DNA of 64,000 nt, taken from the sequence record SRR20825019_1335; one strand, written 5' to 3'. How positions within the stretch are numbered: the stretch's first letter is position 1; each line of letters begins with the position of its first letter. Under the pieces are notes generated by a model. The model had not been told where the DNA came from. It made no database searches and saw only the letters and a list, made by a program, of their open reading frames with translations. This document shows, one piece after another, positions 10,002 to 22,134 of the stretch. The position numbers were made by a program, and so were the translations under genes.

Positions 10002-10502
10002 TTAATTTTCTAAATTAATTCGCTGGATTCTTTGGTTTGGGAGAAATGAAGCTACAAGAGCTCTTCCTTTATTCATGTACGTAATTTTATTTTGCTGTTC
10101 GCTAAATTCATCCATTAATAGGTCAAATTGAACGTCGAGAAATGAACCGATTTCAATGGGACGCGAGAGAATATAAAAATGAATCATTCCATTCAATAAA
10201 ACATCGACTCCTACAACTGAGAACTGCGCATCTTTCCCATTAGTCGAAATTTTAAAACTCTGAGATAGAAAAGTGTTTACTTTCGTCATAGCAGAGCTTT
10301 CTGGAGCATAATTTTCTAAGCTATCGACAGATAAATCTGAATCTTTCCAAACGTATTCTAAATCGTGTGCTGAGACGATAAGCGTAGTTTCAAATTTTTG
10401 AGTGAACGGATTGTATTCCACTTCAGCAAATGAGAAGAAGTAATCGTGACCAAATACAGATGTTTGGACGCACAATAGAATAATAAGGAGAGTAGACTTC
10501 AT
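10002..10502 (-). CDS. DUF6702-like exported protein
   Basis: Signal peptide followed by HDYFFSFAEVEYN and L.D.F.EQQN motifs; sits directly upstream of the M1 peptidase as is typical in Bacteroidota. Confidence 0.7.
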   Translation of the reverse strand: MKSTLLIILLCVQTSVFGHDYFFSFAEVEYNPFTQKFETTLIVSAHDLEYVWKDSDLSVDSLENYAPESSAMTKVNTFLSQSFKISTNGKDAQFSVVGVDVLLNGMIHFYILSRPIEIGSFLDVQFDLLMDEFSEQQNKITYMNKGRALVASFLPNQRIQRINLEN

Positions 10503-10604
10503 TTTTCTTTAGAAGACTAAAATACTAATAAATCAGAATAGATTTTGTTTGGTAAAAGGATTAGTTGCGTCGATAATGCTTCTAAAGTTGAACTCCAAAG
10601 AATT

Positions 10605-11000
10605 TTAAATTGACATGAGCCATTTTTTGGCATCTTCTCTTGTTGTGAATAATTTAGTAGGACGCGCTGTTTTTTCAACGTTAATCATGAAATTGAAAAC
10701 CATTCGTTGCGAAAGTGTTAAAACAACAATCGCTTCAGCACTTTTAAAATTACTACCTATTTCGGAGCAGAACAAAGCTCTGGCTTCTTGGGAAGGAACT
10801 GATCGCATACCATACAGGAATAGATGCTTTAATTTTCGACCTTCACTAAGCCTTTCGGAAATATCAATTATTTCTTGCGCATCGGTTTTTTCTATCTCAG
10901 CATCTTTGGCGATCTCTATTTCTAATATGTCAGGTTCGACTAATCGAATACTGGCTATTTGAGTTTCTATCGTTTCGGTGCTATATGCTTCCATGAACAT
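10605..11000 (-). CDS. small STAS/SpoIIAA-like hypothetical protein
   Basis: C-terminal PTKLFTTREDAKKWL and EAR/AIVV motifs of this small alpha/beta family; TACCTTTG promoter box just upstream (11026-11019). Start uncertain (11000 or 10994). Confidence 0.6.
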   Translation of the reverse strand: MFMEAYSTETIETQIASIRLVEPDILEIEIAKDAEIEKTDAQEIIDISERLSEGRKLKHLFLYGMRSVPSQEARALFCSEIGSNFKSAEAIVVLTLSQRMVFNFMINVEKTARPTKLFTTREDAKKWLMSI

Positions 11001-11268
11001 TTTAAACAATTTTTTTGCAAAGGTATGACGAGAATAAAGTATTATGCAAGCATATCTTTAGTTATTCTATAAGTTGACAGGTTATATCGATGGAACGCGT
11101 TAAAAAACAAACAATTAACATCCGTTTAACAGATTAAACGAACTATACTGATTTGGCTATTTTTTTGCTGTATTTAGTCAAGGAACCACAAAAGATTTAT
11201 TTCATTAAAACAAATTCTCCATTGGACATAATTGAATTTTGAATTCAAAACAATTTCGCTGGTCCGTT

Positions 11269-12339
11269 TTACATTTGATAAGCAACACAATTAATATTCA
11301 TTCCCGCACCAACCGATGCCAGAAGAATAATATCGTCTTTAGACAACTGATGTTTAGGAAGTTCTCCCTTCTGGATCATATCAAACAGTGTTGGAACCGT
11401 TGCAACAGAACTATTTCCTAGACGTTCAATAATCATTGGCATAATTCCCTCAGGCATTGTTTTTACATTGCATTCTCGGTAGAGTCGCTTAACGATTGCT
11501 TCGTCCATTTTTTCGTTGGCTTGGTGAAGAAGTATCTTATTTACTTTTTCCAAAGGAAGATCGATTTTATCAATGCAAAATTTCATTGCTTTTGGCACTT
11601 CCGTGAGTGCATAGGAGTAAATTTTATGCCCTTTCATTTTAATAAACTTCGTCGGTTCGTTTCCAAATCGGTTAAAGCTTTTCCCGAAGAAGAGGTAATC
11701 TTTTTCTTCTAGCGAGTGAGATACAGCGGCATGAGATAGAATCCCTCTTTTTTTCTCTTCTTCTTTTCCTTCAACAACTACTGCTCCAGCGCCATCTGCA
11801 AAAATCATTGTGTCGCGATCGAACGGGTCGAGCACTCTTGAAAGTACTTCGGAACCAATAATTAAGCAACGTTTTGCTTCTCCCGCCTGAATGTGAATAT
11901 GTGCTTGAATCAGTCCTTGAACCCAACCTGGGCATCCAAAAATGATATCGTACGGAACACAAAAAGGATTCTTTATTCCTAAAATGTGTTTAACCCTAGA
12001 AGCGATGCTTGGGACAATGTCTGTTTGGTTTGAGCCATTGATGACATCCCCAAAATTGTGCGCTACGATAATCATATCAAGCGTTTCTGGATCAATTTTC
12101 GCATCTTCAATCGCACGTTGCGCTGAGATTCCAGCAATGTGTGAGCAAGATTGGTCTTTATTTACATATCTGCGCGACGTAATTCCAGTGATTTCCTTAA
12201 ACTTTGCAATAACATCCTCGTTGTTATTTTGGATTCGTCGACCATCGTCAAAGCAAAATGGATTTTCAATAAAACGATCATTTTCCACTTCCACTTCTGG
12301 AATAAATGATCCAGATCCTATTATTATCGTATTTCTCAT
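11269..12339 (-). CDS. fabH: 3-oxoacyl-ACP synthase III family protein
   Basis: Catalytic triad motifs FGCPGW, LHQAN, GNSSVAT; FADGAGA. Confidence 0.85.
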   Translation of the reverse strand: MRNTIIIGSGSFIPEVEVENDRFIENPFCFDDGRRIQNNNEDVIAKFKEITGITSRRYVNKDQSCSHIAGISAQRAIEDAKIDPETLDMIIVAHNFGDVINGSNQTDIVPSIASRVKHILGIKNPFCVPYDIIFGCPGWVQGLIQAHIHIQAGEAKRCLIIGSEVLSRVLDPFDRDTMIFADGAGAVVVEGKEEEKKRGILSHAAVSHSLEEKDYLFFGKSFNRFGNEPTKFIKMKGHKIYSYALTEVPKAMKFCIDKIDLPLEKVNKILLHQANEKMDEAIVKRLYRECNVKTMPEGIMPMIIERLGNSSVATVPTLFDMIQKGELPKHQLSKDDIILLASVGAGMNINCVAYQM

Positions 12340-12480
12340 TCCATCAAATTTAAGTGTGCAAAATAAATGCTTTTCACTACGCGCGTGCGTAATGCTTCTT
12401 CTTTATTGTAAGCAATTGTTGAACTTCTAACGTATTCTTCTTAAGTTAAAGAATTTTTGACAGATAACTTGAAATCAAAC

Positions 12481-12507
12481 AAAAGCCTCACATTTCTGCG
12501 AGGCTTT
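12481..12507 (-). terminator. intrinsic terminator after yidC
   Basis: AAAGCCTC...GAGGCTTT stem-loop directly after the yidC stop, with a T run on the minus strand. Confidence 0.65.
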
Positions 12508-12512
12508 CTAAA

Positions 12513-14489
12513 TTATTTCTTTCTGTTTTTCATCTGATCTTTCTGCGCTTGTTGCATTTTCTCCAAACGCTCTTGGAATTTAGATTTCGCTTTCTTCGAA
12601 CCTCCGTTTCCAGCTGCTGCCGCTTTACGTTCTGCCATTTTAGCTTTGATTTTGTCTTCATCAACGAAGAACTTTTTAATCATAAGCATTATTAAAATGG
12701 ATATCAGCGTAGAGATGAAGTAATAGTAACTTAATCCTGATGCGTAATTGTTAAAGAAGAAGATCATCATGAAAGGGAAGAAGTACATGATAATTTTCAT
12801 GTTTGGCATCCCTGGTTGCTGCGGAGTTTGCATATTTCCGCTATTGATGAACGTATAAATTAACGTTGTTCCTGCCATTAACAGTGTAAACAAACTGACG
12901 TGATCTCCATAAGGCCAAATATTTACTCCGAAGTCCCAAATGGAATCATAGCTCGATAAATCTTCCGCCCACAAGAATGATCGCTGACGTAAATCGAATG
13001 TAGCTGGGAAGAAACGGAATACTGCAAGTAAAATTGGCATTTGGATGAGCATAGGAACACAACCCGCGAGTGGACTTGCTCCCGATTCTCGATAGAGAGC
13101 CATTGTTTCCATTTGCTTTTTCATTGCATCCGCTTTGTCTGGATACTTTTTAGTAATTTCTTCAATTTCAGGCTTTAGAATCCGCATCTTCGCAGAGGAA
13201 GTGTACATTTTCCACTGAATTGGCATCAAAACCAATTTCAAAATGATCGTCAATAATAAGATGGCGATACCAATGGCCATTCCTGAAGAGGAAAGCATTT
13301 TAAACAATGGTTGAACGGCGTAAAGATTGATCCATCTAAAGATTCCCCATCCATAATTTACGATTTGACCGTAGTCACCTTCATAAGAGTTTAAGACCTT
13401 GTAATCGTTTGGTCCAAAGAACCAATTCATGCTAACTGAGCTATTTTCAACGTTTGAAAGTCCCAAATTGAGTGTTGAGGAATAGTCTTTCAAGTTTTTC
13501 CACTCTCTATCTTCACCTTCATCATACGTATCTACTTTGAATGATGATCCAGATTTTTCAAATGGTTTTTCCGGTCGTAAGAAAGAAGAGAAATAGCTTT
13601 GCTTGTAACATAACCACTCGATATCATCCTCAGCTTCTTCGTCATCTTTCGCCATTTCGCTCAAATACGAGAATCCTTCGTTGCTGTAATTGAAACAAAC
13701 CGTTGAAACACGTCTTTGTTCAGCAAACAAACGCTCTGTTCTACGGTAAGCAACATCCCAGTTGAGCATTACATTTTTCGGATTTACCTTTCCATCAAAT
13801 CCGCGAATGTTGATGTCATAATCCAAATCGTATTGTCCTGGCTTCAATTGGTAAGCAAATTCTATTGTTTGACCTTCACCTTTAGACAAAGAGAAAACAA
13901 TTCTATTTTCTGATTGACTTTTAATAGTAAACAATTCATTCGCTGTATTTACATTATTCTCTCCCATAGGAAAAGACAATCCTTGTGAAGCATCACCATC
14001 TTTGAAAAGATACAAAGGAGTGATTTTGTCATCCTTTTTCGCGAATTCATTGTAAGTTTCAAACTCTTTCAAACGAACAGCAGCAATTTGTCCTCCTTTT
14101 GTGTTGAACTGGACAATTAGTTTATCTGTTTCCAATTGAACAAGCTGACCTTTCACTTCCAAAGTCGATGAAGCTACATCTACCTTTTCTGGACTTGGAA
14201 TTATAGAATCCTTTTTTGTTAAAGTATCTTCAAAAACAAGCGCACCTGTTGAATCTTTCAACTGATTTCCTTCTTGATCCATTTTAGGAACAAGGTTGGA
14301 AGCAGCTATAGTCTTATCTTTTGATTCCTTTTCCTTATCAGCTTTTTTGTCCTTCGCCTTTTTAGCATCGAGTTGTTCTTGCTTTGCCTTGGCAGCTTTA
14401 ATTTCCTCCTCGGAAGGTTGATTGAAAATTGTGAATACGGAGAAAATAACCCCGATGAGCACCAGTCCTATGACGGTATTTCTATCCAT
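12513..14489 (-). CDS. yidC: membrane protein insertase YidC
   Basis: MDRNTVIG N-terminus, FFGPNDY, GCVPMLIQMPIL, FLWAEDLSSYD, ASGLSYYY. Confidence 0.96.
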   Translation of the reverse strand: MDRNTVIGLVLIGVIFSVFTIFNQPSEEEIKAAKAKQEQLDAKKAKDKKADKEKESKDKTIAASNLVPKMDQEGNQLKDSTGALVFEDTLTKKDSIIPSPEKVDVASSTLEVKGQLVQLETDKLIVQFNTKGGQIAAVRLKEFETYNEFAKKDDKITPLYLFKDGDASQGLSFPMGENNVNTANELFTIKSQSENRIVFSLSKGEGQTIEFAYQLKPGQYDLDYDINIRGFDGKVNPKNVMLNWDVAYRRTERLFAEQRRVSTVCFNYSNEGFSYLSEMAKDDEEAEDDIEWLCYKQSYFSSFLRPEKPFEKSGSSFKVDTYDEGEDREWKNLKDYSSTLNLGLSNVENSSVSMNWFFGPNDYKVLNSYEGDYGQIVNYGWGIFRWINLYAVQPLFKMLSSSGMAIGIAILLLTIILKLVLMPIQWKMYTSSAKMRILKPEIEEITKKYPDKADAMKKQMETMALYRESGASPLAGCVPMLIQMPILLAVFRFFPATFDLRQRSFLWAEDLSSYDSIWDFGVNIWPYGDHVSLFTLLMAGTTLIYTFINSGNMQTPQQPGMPNMKIIMYFFPFMMIFFFNNYASGLSYYYFISTLISILIMLMIKKFFVDEDKIKAKMAERKAAAAGNGGSKKAKSKFQERLEKMQQAQKDQMKNRKK

Positions 14490-14507
14490 TCTATTTGTTG
14501 TTTCTAG

Positions 14508-16202
<1,695 letters not shown>

Positions 16203-16226
16203 TTAAACAAGTAGCTTGTGAAAGGT

Positions 16227-17135
16227 CTAATTTGACCAGTTTTCGTTGGCTGACCATTGTAAAAACAGTTTGTCCTTTCTGACTTGTTCCCTATAAAACA
16301 CTGGACAACCGTGTTCATCTAACCTTGGATAATGCGGTGTTGTACGCTCTACTTTTTTCGGTAGGAAAATTAGATCATGTGCGAACCTATTTTGGAAACC
16401 ATGTCTTACTTGTTCACTGTCTGTTCCAATGCGCAGTTGGGCAGTTTGCGTATACGGAAGTTTATAAATGATTGACCCATAGAATATTCCATGACTTGTA
16501 TTCCCAAAGGGTAGATCTTCGAGAATTCTGAAGCCATTTGGACATTTATCAAGATGAATCTTCTCCCAACGTGAGTTTTGTGTTTCTCCCGTCCAAATAT
16601 TGATTCCTGTTCCAAACTTGAAATCCTTGTATTGATAGGAAGCATAAACATGTCCGGTTCTAAAACGATCCTTGGCTTGACCTCCGAAAACATCATTTTC
16701 GTGATAAAGGCTAAAATTCTTTACATGAAGACCAAATCCACCAGAAAGTTGTGAAGTTCCTACATTGTCTTTATAGATTAGGTAATTGAATCCAACACCA
16801 TAATTAAAGGCGGTTTGGTGATTTAATCCGTCTAATTGAAAATCGGGCAGTTTACTTTTCTCGCCAGCTAATAAAATCAATCCAACATAACTTCGATTCT
16901 CCCAGAAATAGGTTCGATTCCCATAACTTTTTTGATGTAAATAAACGGTCGATCCTGCATTGGCTTGAAAAAAGTAGTCGGTATAGTAAGCTTTAACATT
17001 TAAACCTATGGAATTCACATGCGTCCCGACGTTAAACACAATACCAAGACTCGCTCCTGTGTGTGCTCTTAAATAAGACTGCGCGCTCAGGGAACTCATC
17101 ATGAAAAGGAATACGACAAAGACAAAAGTACGCAT
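16227..17135 (-). CDS. exported protein with Ntox23 (polymorphic toxin type 23)-like domain
   Basis: Signal peptide MRTFVFVVFLFMMSSLSA; END and DRFR motifs (HENDVFGGQAKDRFRTG) plus later HG and QNRFAHD; beta-strand-rich. Confidence 0.6.
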   Translation of the reverse strand: MRTFVFVVFLFMMSSLSAQSYLRAHTGASLGIVFNVGTHVNSIGLNVKAYYTDYFFQANAGSTVYLHQKSYGNRTYFWENRSYVGLILLAGEKSKLPDFQLDGLNHQTAFNYGVGFNYLIYKDNVGTSQLSGGFGLHVKNFSLYHENDVFGGQAKDRFRTGHVYASYQYKDFKFGTGINIWTGETQNSRWEKIHLDKCPNGFRILEDLPFGNTSHGIFYGSIIYKLPYTQTAQLRIGTDSEQVRHGFQNRFAHDLIFLPKKVERTTPHYPRLDEHGCPVFYREQVRKDKLFLQWSANENWSN

Positions 17136-17249
17136 GTGGCAAAGATGGCAAAAAACATTCCAAAGATATATTCCTCCATGAAACATCTGTATTTTCCAAT
17201 TATCCCAAAATGAAACAGATTTTAGTTGAAATAAGCTAGATTTGATACC

Positions 17250-18293
17250 ATGTTGATTGGAAGAATGGCTTATTGGATGGCTCAGTTGATCGGGTGGACT
17301 GCATATTGTAGTTTAATAATCGTCGCTGTGTACACGAGTAGTCCCGAAAAGATGAATCTTAAACTGTTTATTGGCGTTTTCGCGTTGATATTCTGTGGAA
17401 TTCTGATTACGCACCTTCAACGATGGATGATTTTAAAGTTTGATTGGTTGAATAAAAAGCTCGGGATTCTCATTCCACGCTTGATTTTCAGTTCTTTGGT
17501 GTCAGGTGTTTTTATTACGGCACTCTCGGTAGGAGCGGGATATTTAATTCATTTGGATGGTGGAATTAAAGATCCAGTGAAACTGTCCAATTTTGTGCTG
17601 AATGCGCTTTCATTTATGACAATTGTTTTGTTTTGGAACGCGATTTACTTCACCTATCATTACTTTCAAAAATCGAGGACTCAAGAAGTTGAAAATCTGG
17701 AGCTTGAATCGATAAGTAAAGAGAGTGAATTAAAGAATTTACGTTCTCAGTTGAATCCTCACTTCTTGTTTAATTCACTAAATAGCATTCGCGCGCTTGT
17801 GGATATTGAGCCAGCAAAAGCAAAAACGTCGATTACAACATTGAGTAATCTCTTGCGTCAATCGCTAGTACTAGGGAGAGAGGCTGAAGTCGATATAAAA
17901 AGTGAACTAGAAATGGCGAAGAGCTATCTCGATTTGGAAAAGGTTCGTTTTGAAGAGAGATTGCAAGTAACTTGGGAAATTGATCCTGACGTATTTTCGT
18001 TCAGATTGCCACCTTTTGTAGTTCAAATGATGGTCGAAAATGCTGTAAAACATGGTGTTTCTAAGCTGAAGGAAGGCGGCGAGGTTTATATCAAAGCATT
18101 TAGCCAAGACTCGAAGGTGATTATTCAGGTAATCAATACGGGAACACTGGGAGGCGAAGTAGATTTGGGAGTAGGGATAAAAAATACGCGACAAAGGCTC
18201 GCATTACAATATGGAACGAATGCGTCATTTTCGTTAGATGAATTCGAAGGGAAGGTACGCGCAACAATTCAATTTAAACATGAAGGACTTTAA
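17250..18293 (+). CDS. LytS/YehU-family sensor histidine kinase
   Basis: Four N-terminal TM segments; QLNPHFLFNSLN; YLDLEKVRF; VENAVKHG. Confidence 0.93.
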   Translation: MLIGRMAYWMAQLIGWTAYCSLIIVAVYTSSPEKMNLKLFIGVFALIFCGILITHLQRWMILKFDWLNKKLGILIPRLIFSSLVSGVFITALSVGAGYLIHLDGGIKDPVKLSNFVLNALSFMTIVLFWNAIYFTYHYFQKSRTQEVENLELESISKESELKNLRSQLNPHFLFNSLNSIRALVDIEPAKAKTSITTLSNLLRQSLVLGREAEVDIKSELEMAKSYLDLEKVRFEERLQVTWEIDPDVFSFRLPPFVVQMMVENAVKHGVSKLKEGGEVYIKAFSQDSKVIIQVINTGTLGGEVDLGVGIKNTRQRLALQYGTNASFSLDEFEGKVRATIQFKHEGL

Positions 18294-19026
18294 GACAATT
18301 ATAATCGACGACGAACGTCTTGCGAGAGAAGAATTGAAAACATTATTGAGTGATTACAATGAAATTAACATTGTTGATGAAGCTCAGAATGGTGATGAGG
18401 GAATTGAGAAGATTAAAGAATTGCAACCTGACTTAATTTTCTTGGACGTTTCCATGCCTGGAATGACTGGATTTGAAATGTTGAAAAAGTTGGATGAAAT
18501 TCCTCATGTTATTTTCATTACGGCGTATGACGAGTTTGCTCTAAAAGCGTTTGAAGTAAATGCGCTCGATTATTTATTGAAGCCTGTAGACCCTGAGCGG
18601 ATGAGTGAAGCAATCGAAAAGCTTCGGGCTAGGGAAGAGCAGGAGTTCGAATCATCGAGTCAGGAGAAATCGATGCGAAAGGAGCGATTACTCTCTATAA
18701 ATGACCGTGTGTTCATTAAAGATGGAGAGAAATGCTATTTCGTTCAATTATCTGAAGTTAGAATGTTGGAATCTGACGGAAATTACGTTAAAGTGTACTT
18801 TGAGAAAAATAGGCCGCTCATTCTTCGTTCGCTAAATAGCTTTGAAGATCGTCTCGATCCTGAATATTTCTTCCGTGCCAATAGAAAGTTCATCGTAAAT
18901 ATGGAGTGGATCGAGCGCGTAGAAAACTGGTTCAACGGTGGATTGCAAGTGGAACTTAAAACAGGTGATAAAATTGAGATCTCACGCCGCCAAGCGATTC
19001 GATTTAAGGAGATGTTTAGTTTTTGA
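18280..19026 (+). CDS. LytTR-family response regulator
   Basis: IIDDERLAR, FLDVSMP, TAYDEFAL, DYLLKP; C-terminal LytTR domain (FFRANRKFIVN, ISRR). ATG at 18280 overlaps the kinase. Confidence 0.95.
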   Translation: MKDFKTIIIDDERLAREELKTLLSDYNEINIVDEAQNGDEGIEKIKELQPDLIFLDVSMPGMTGFEMLKKLDEIPHVIFITAYDEFALKAFEVNALDYLLKPVDPERMSEAIEKLRAREEQEFESSSQEKSMRKERLLSINDRVFIKDGEKCYFVQLSEVRMLESDGNYVKVYFEKNRPLILRSLNSFEDRLDPEYFFRANRKFIVNMEWIERVENWFNGGLQVELKTGDKIEISRRQAIRFKEMFSF

Positions 19027-19030
19027 GAGG

Positions 19031-19219
19031 GACTGCAAGACAGCAAGACTACAAGACGGCAAGACTACAAGATTTCAAGACTAAAAGACGGACGGACGAA
19101 AGACAGAAAGACGAATGAACAACAGGACAAAGGATCAAAGACAAAAGATTTGCTTTTCCCGCGTCTAACATCTTTTGTCTTTAATCTTAAAATCTTATGT
19201 CCCAAAGTCCTAAAATCTT
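19031..19219. repeat. degenerate 7-8 bp tandem repeats with an inverted counterpart
   Basis: GACTGCAA GACAGCAA GACTACAA GACGGCAA GACTACAA GATTTCAA GACTAAAA..., then GATCAAAGACAAAAGAT pairing with ATCTTTTGTCTTTAATC. Confidence 0.75.
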
Positions 19220-20047
19220 CTAATCTACCAATTCAATTCCTTCGTCGGTAAGTATAATTTCTCTTCGTTTGTAAAGGGTTCCAACGGCTTGTTTGAAGGT
19301 CTTTTTGCTCATTCCAAGGCGATCTCGAATATCTTCAGGCGAACTTTTATCGTGTAAAGGAAGTTTTTTCACTTTTTTAAGGATGTCGAGTAGTTGATCT
19401 GCTGAATCAAGAATTTTCTGGCCGCCTGCTAAATCGAAGCGAACATCTAGTTTTCCGTCTTCGCGCACATTGTACACATATCCTTTGGCGCGATCACTTG
19501 ATCTGTATGATTTTGTGATGTCATTCGTGTAAATCAACCCACTGTAACGATTGTCCACAATGACTTTTAATCCAAGGTCAGATCGATCACAAATGAGTAG
19601 GTCGACTTCCGTTTCTGGGTCGTAAGGAACATCGCAGGCTTGTAAATTCCGACTTATTTTTGTTGATCCATAAAGTCTGTCGGTTGCTTCGTCAAGTAGG
19701 AGGCAGACCAAATACGTACTTCCTACTTCGAGTTTTAAATTCTGCTCTCTGAAAGGAATCATGAGGTCTTTTTCGAGTCCCCAATCTACAAAAGCTCCGA
19801 AAAGTGTTACAGATACTACTTTAAGATGTGCAAATCCGTTTAATTCAATGAGTGGAGTCTGCGTTGTTGCGACAAGACGATCTTCTGAATCACGATAGAG
19901 AAACACTTCAATTTTATCCTCCTCTTTCATGTCTTCCGTCAGGTATTGTCCTGGCAATAAAACATCATTCCCCTCTTCATCGCCCAAGTATGCACCAGAT
20001 GATGCAAAGCGAAGAATCTGAAGTTCATTCACTTCTCCAATTCTCAT
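19220..20047 (-). CDS. CvfB-family S1 RNA-binding domain protein
   Basis: GAYL, VFLYRDSEDRLVAT, GAFVDWGLEKDL, winged-helix DKSSPEDI...MSKKTFKQAVGTLYK. Confidence 0.92.
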   Translation of the reverse strand: MRIGEVNELQILRFASSGAYLGDEEGNDVLLPGQYLTEDMKEEDKIEVFLYRDSEDRLVATTQTPLIELNGFAHLKVVSVTLFGAFVDWGLEKDLMIPFREQNLKLEVGSTYLVCLLLDEATDRLYGSTKISRNLQACDVPYDPETEVDLLICDRSDLGLKVIVDNRYSGLIYTNDITKSYRSSDRAKGYVYNVREDGKLDVRFDLAGGQKILDSADQLLDILKKVKKLPLHDKSSPEDIRDRLGMSKKTFKQAVGTLYKRREIILTDEGIELVD

Positions 20048-20053
20048 AAATAG

Positions 20054-20863
20054 TTAGAAATATAGTGCTGAGGCAAGCTTAGAGTTGACAATCAACACCG
20101 GAAGCCCCAACTTATTTGTAATTAAATTTTGTGCAAAGGTATCCAATTGTGGCAATATACTCTCCGAATGATACGCTAAAGCAATTAAATCAACGGAAGA
20201 AGCCTTCGAGTAGTTTAACACTTTGCGCTCAAAACGTCCTGCCTTTTTCAGATATTCAACGGTTATTTTTACATCGCGATCTTCATATTCCTTAGATACG
20301 ATTGAAATTCTGTTCTTCAAACGTGTATTCAGAATTTGATCAGTTTGTTTCTCGGCAAGTACGTGAACATTTGCACCTACTATTTTTGCAAGATCACCAG
20401 CAGTAGGGACAATTTGCAAGCTTTCCTTAGTCAAATCGATAGGAACAGCGATCTCCTTAACGTCTTTGATTTCCGTAGAACCTTGTACGATTAGGAAAGG
20501 GCAATCGGCGCTGGTAATTACTTTCATAGCGTGACTACCAAACAGAATTTGTAATAGCCCACGTTTACCGTGCGTTCCCATTACGATCAACTGCGCTTTT
20601 TCCTCCTTTGCAATTCTACCAATGTCGGTAAAAATACTTCCTACCATGGTTAGTGCGGAAATTTCAACTCCTTCTGGCGCATTAATTTCTTTGGCTAGTT
20701 CTTCCAGTTTTGGTTTCATTTGCATTCCCTTGGATTTGTCAGGGGCAAGATGAAGCAATTTTATTTCTGTATGAACGTGTCTACTGATGTGAAGTGCATA
20801 ATCCAATGCTTTACGACTTGTGGGTGTAAAATCGTAAGGAACCATGTATAAATTTTTGCTCAT
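20054..20863 (-). CDS. universal stress protein (tandem USP)
   Basis: VPYDFT, LIVMGTHG, FGSHAMKVI, second domain AVPIDL. Confidence 0.9.
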   Translation of the reverse strand: MSKNLYMVPYDFTPTSRKALDYALHISRHVHTEIKLLHLAPDKSKGMQMKPKLEELAKEINAPEGVEISALTMVGSIFTDIGRIAKEEKAQLIVMGTHGKRGLLQILFGSHAMKVITSADCPFLIVQGSTEIKDVKEIAVPIDLTKESLQIVPTAGDLAKIVGANVHVLAEKQTDQILNTRLKNRISIVSKEYEDRDVKITVEYLKKAGRFERKVLNYSKASSVDLIALAYHSESILPQLDTFAQNLITNKLGLPVLIVNSKLASALYF

Positions 20864-20980
20864 CGTATGTAGTTTGGTTAAATTTAACTAAAACCAACGA
20901 GTACTTTCGCTTGAGCGGTTTTTAGTTTTTCACACTGCACTTTTAATTAATCGTACGGTGGTTTTTGGTTAACAAATGAA

Positions 20981-22087
20981 TTAATTCCGCTTTTTCCGTT
21001 TCTTTTTTCCCATGCCACTGGTAACGGTCAAATTACTCGGATCTCTATTATCTTTTTTATTTTTGGTTCGTTTTTCTTTCTTCGATTTAGCCTCTTTAGG
21101 GTCGCTTGTATTTTCATCTGGAGTTACCGCAACATGCTCAATTCCACCAGCTGGGGCATTTGGATCACTCGGATTTTGCCAAGTACCATCGATCTTTTTC
21201 TCAATTACTTTTCCTGTTTTTGGATCTGTCGCATAAATTACCTGCTTTTTTTCTCCGCTGTGGTTATTTACTCCAATTACATCCTCCTGTAAGATCCATT
21301 TCCCTTTTTCATACTTTAAAGCGTCGTAAGACAAATCGGGAACATAAAAAGAATAAAATCCCTTCATGCTTGGAGTTTCTGGGGATAAATGATCCATCAT
21401 GATTCGCTTGCGATCTTCCTCGTAGTTGAGTAACATCGTCGTATTTTCAGAATGCTCATAGAAAATGCGCTTTTTGGTCTCGTTACCTAATTTAAAAATA
21501 GGGCTTCCGAACTTCACGGATTTACCATTTATATATAAAACGTCGACCAATTTAATATTACTCAGCGTTGTGTTTCCATCCCAACCTAAAACAGTGTACA
21601 TTGTTCTCGAACCTTTATCTATTGGGATTATTTTATAGTAAAGTGCGCCGTACCATTCATTCGCTTCTACGACATCTTCTGGTTGTTTTACACCGAAAAC
21701 ATCTTCAATTAGTTCAGTTTTCACGATGTCTTGGTGACGCTTATCGTTGTGAATTACAAAACCAAAATAGCGCTGCGATTGATCGTCTTGCTCTACGTTC
21801 CAGTTAATAATTCTTACTAATCCATCTGGACTGTCGATAAACCCAATTGTTGATAACGAAGAAAAAGGGTAGGTGAGTGCATTTTCCTTCTCGAGAACTT
21901 TTGAGAATTTTTCTTTAAAGAGTTTATTTTTCGTGGCCTTTTCAGCGTCAGTCTTTGCAGACCGTAGATCATTCAATAACACAGCTAATTCGGACTCATC
22001 CGAACTGGTGATTGTTCCTTGACTGCGCGCGATTGAAGAGCAGATCAAGATAGAAATAAAGAATCCAATTACTTTCATACCATTCAT
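20981..22087 (-). CDS. conserved exported hypothetical protein
   Basis: 368-aa ORF, signal peptide, WYGALYY / LGWDGN / DHLSP / YVPDLSYD motifs, Lys-rich tail. Confidence 0.7.
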   Translation of the reverse strand: MNGMKVIGFFISILICSSIARSQGTITSSDESELAVLLNDLRSAKTDAEKATKNKLFKEKFSKVLEKENALTYPFSSLSTIGFIDSPDGLVRIINWNVEQDDQSQRYFGFVIHNDKRHQDIVKTELIEDVFGVKQPEDVVEANEWYGALYYKIIPIDKGSRTMYTVLGWDGNTTLSNIKLVDVLYINGKSVKFGSPIFKLGNETKKRIFYEHSENTTMLLNYEEDRKRIMMDHLSPETPSMKGFYSFYVPDLSYDALKYEKGKWILQEDVIGVNNHSGEKKQVIYATDPKTGKVIEKKIDGTWQNPSDPNAPAGGIEHVAVTPDENTSDPKEAKSKKEKRTKNKKDNRDPSNLTVTSGMGKKKRKKRN

Positions 22088-22134
22088 AACGTTATCTGTT
22101 CCATTTTGTTACTTCTCCAAGTTTCATTCCAATT

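Noticed and set aside
11269-12339. FabH-like gene as part of a secondary-metabolite cluster
   Set aside because: No ACP, DarA, PKS or tailoring genes adjacent.
19031-19150. Possible CRISPR array
   Set aside because: Units are 7-8 bp and degenerate, with no unique spacers and no cas genes.
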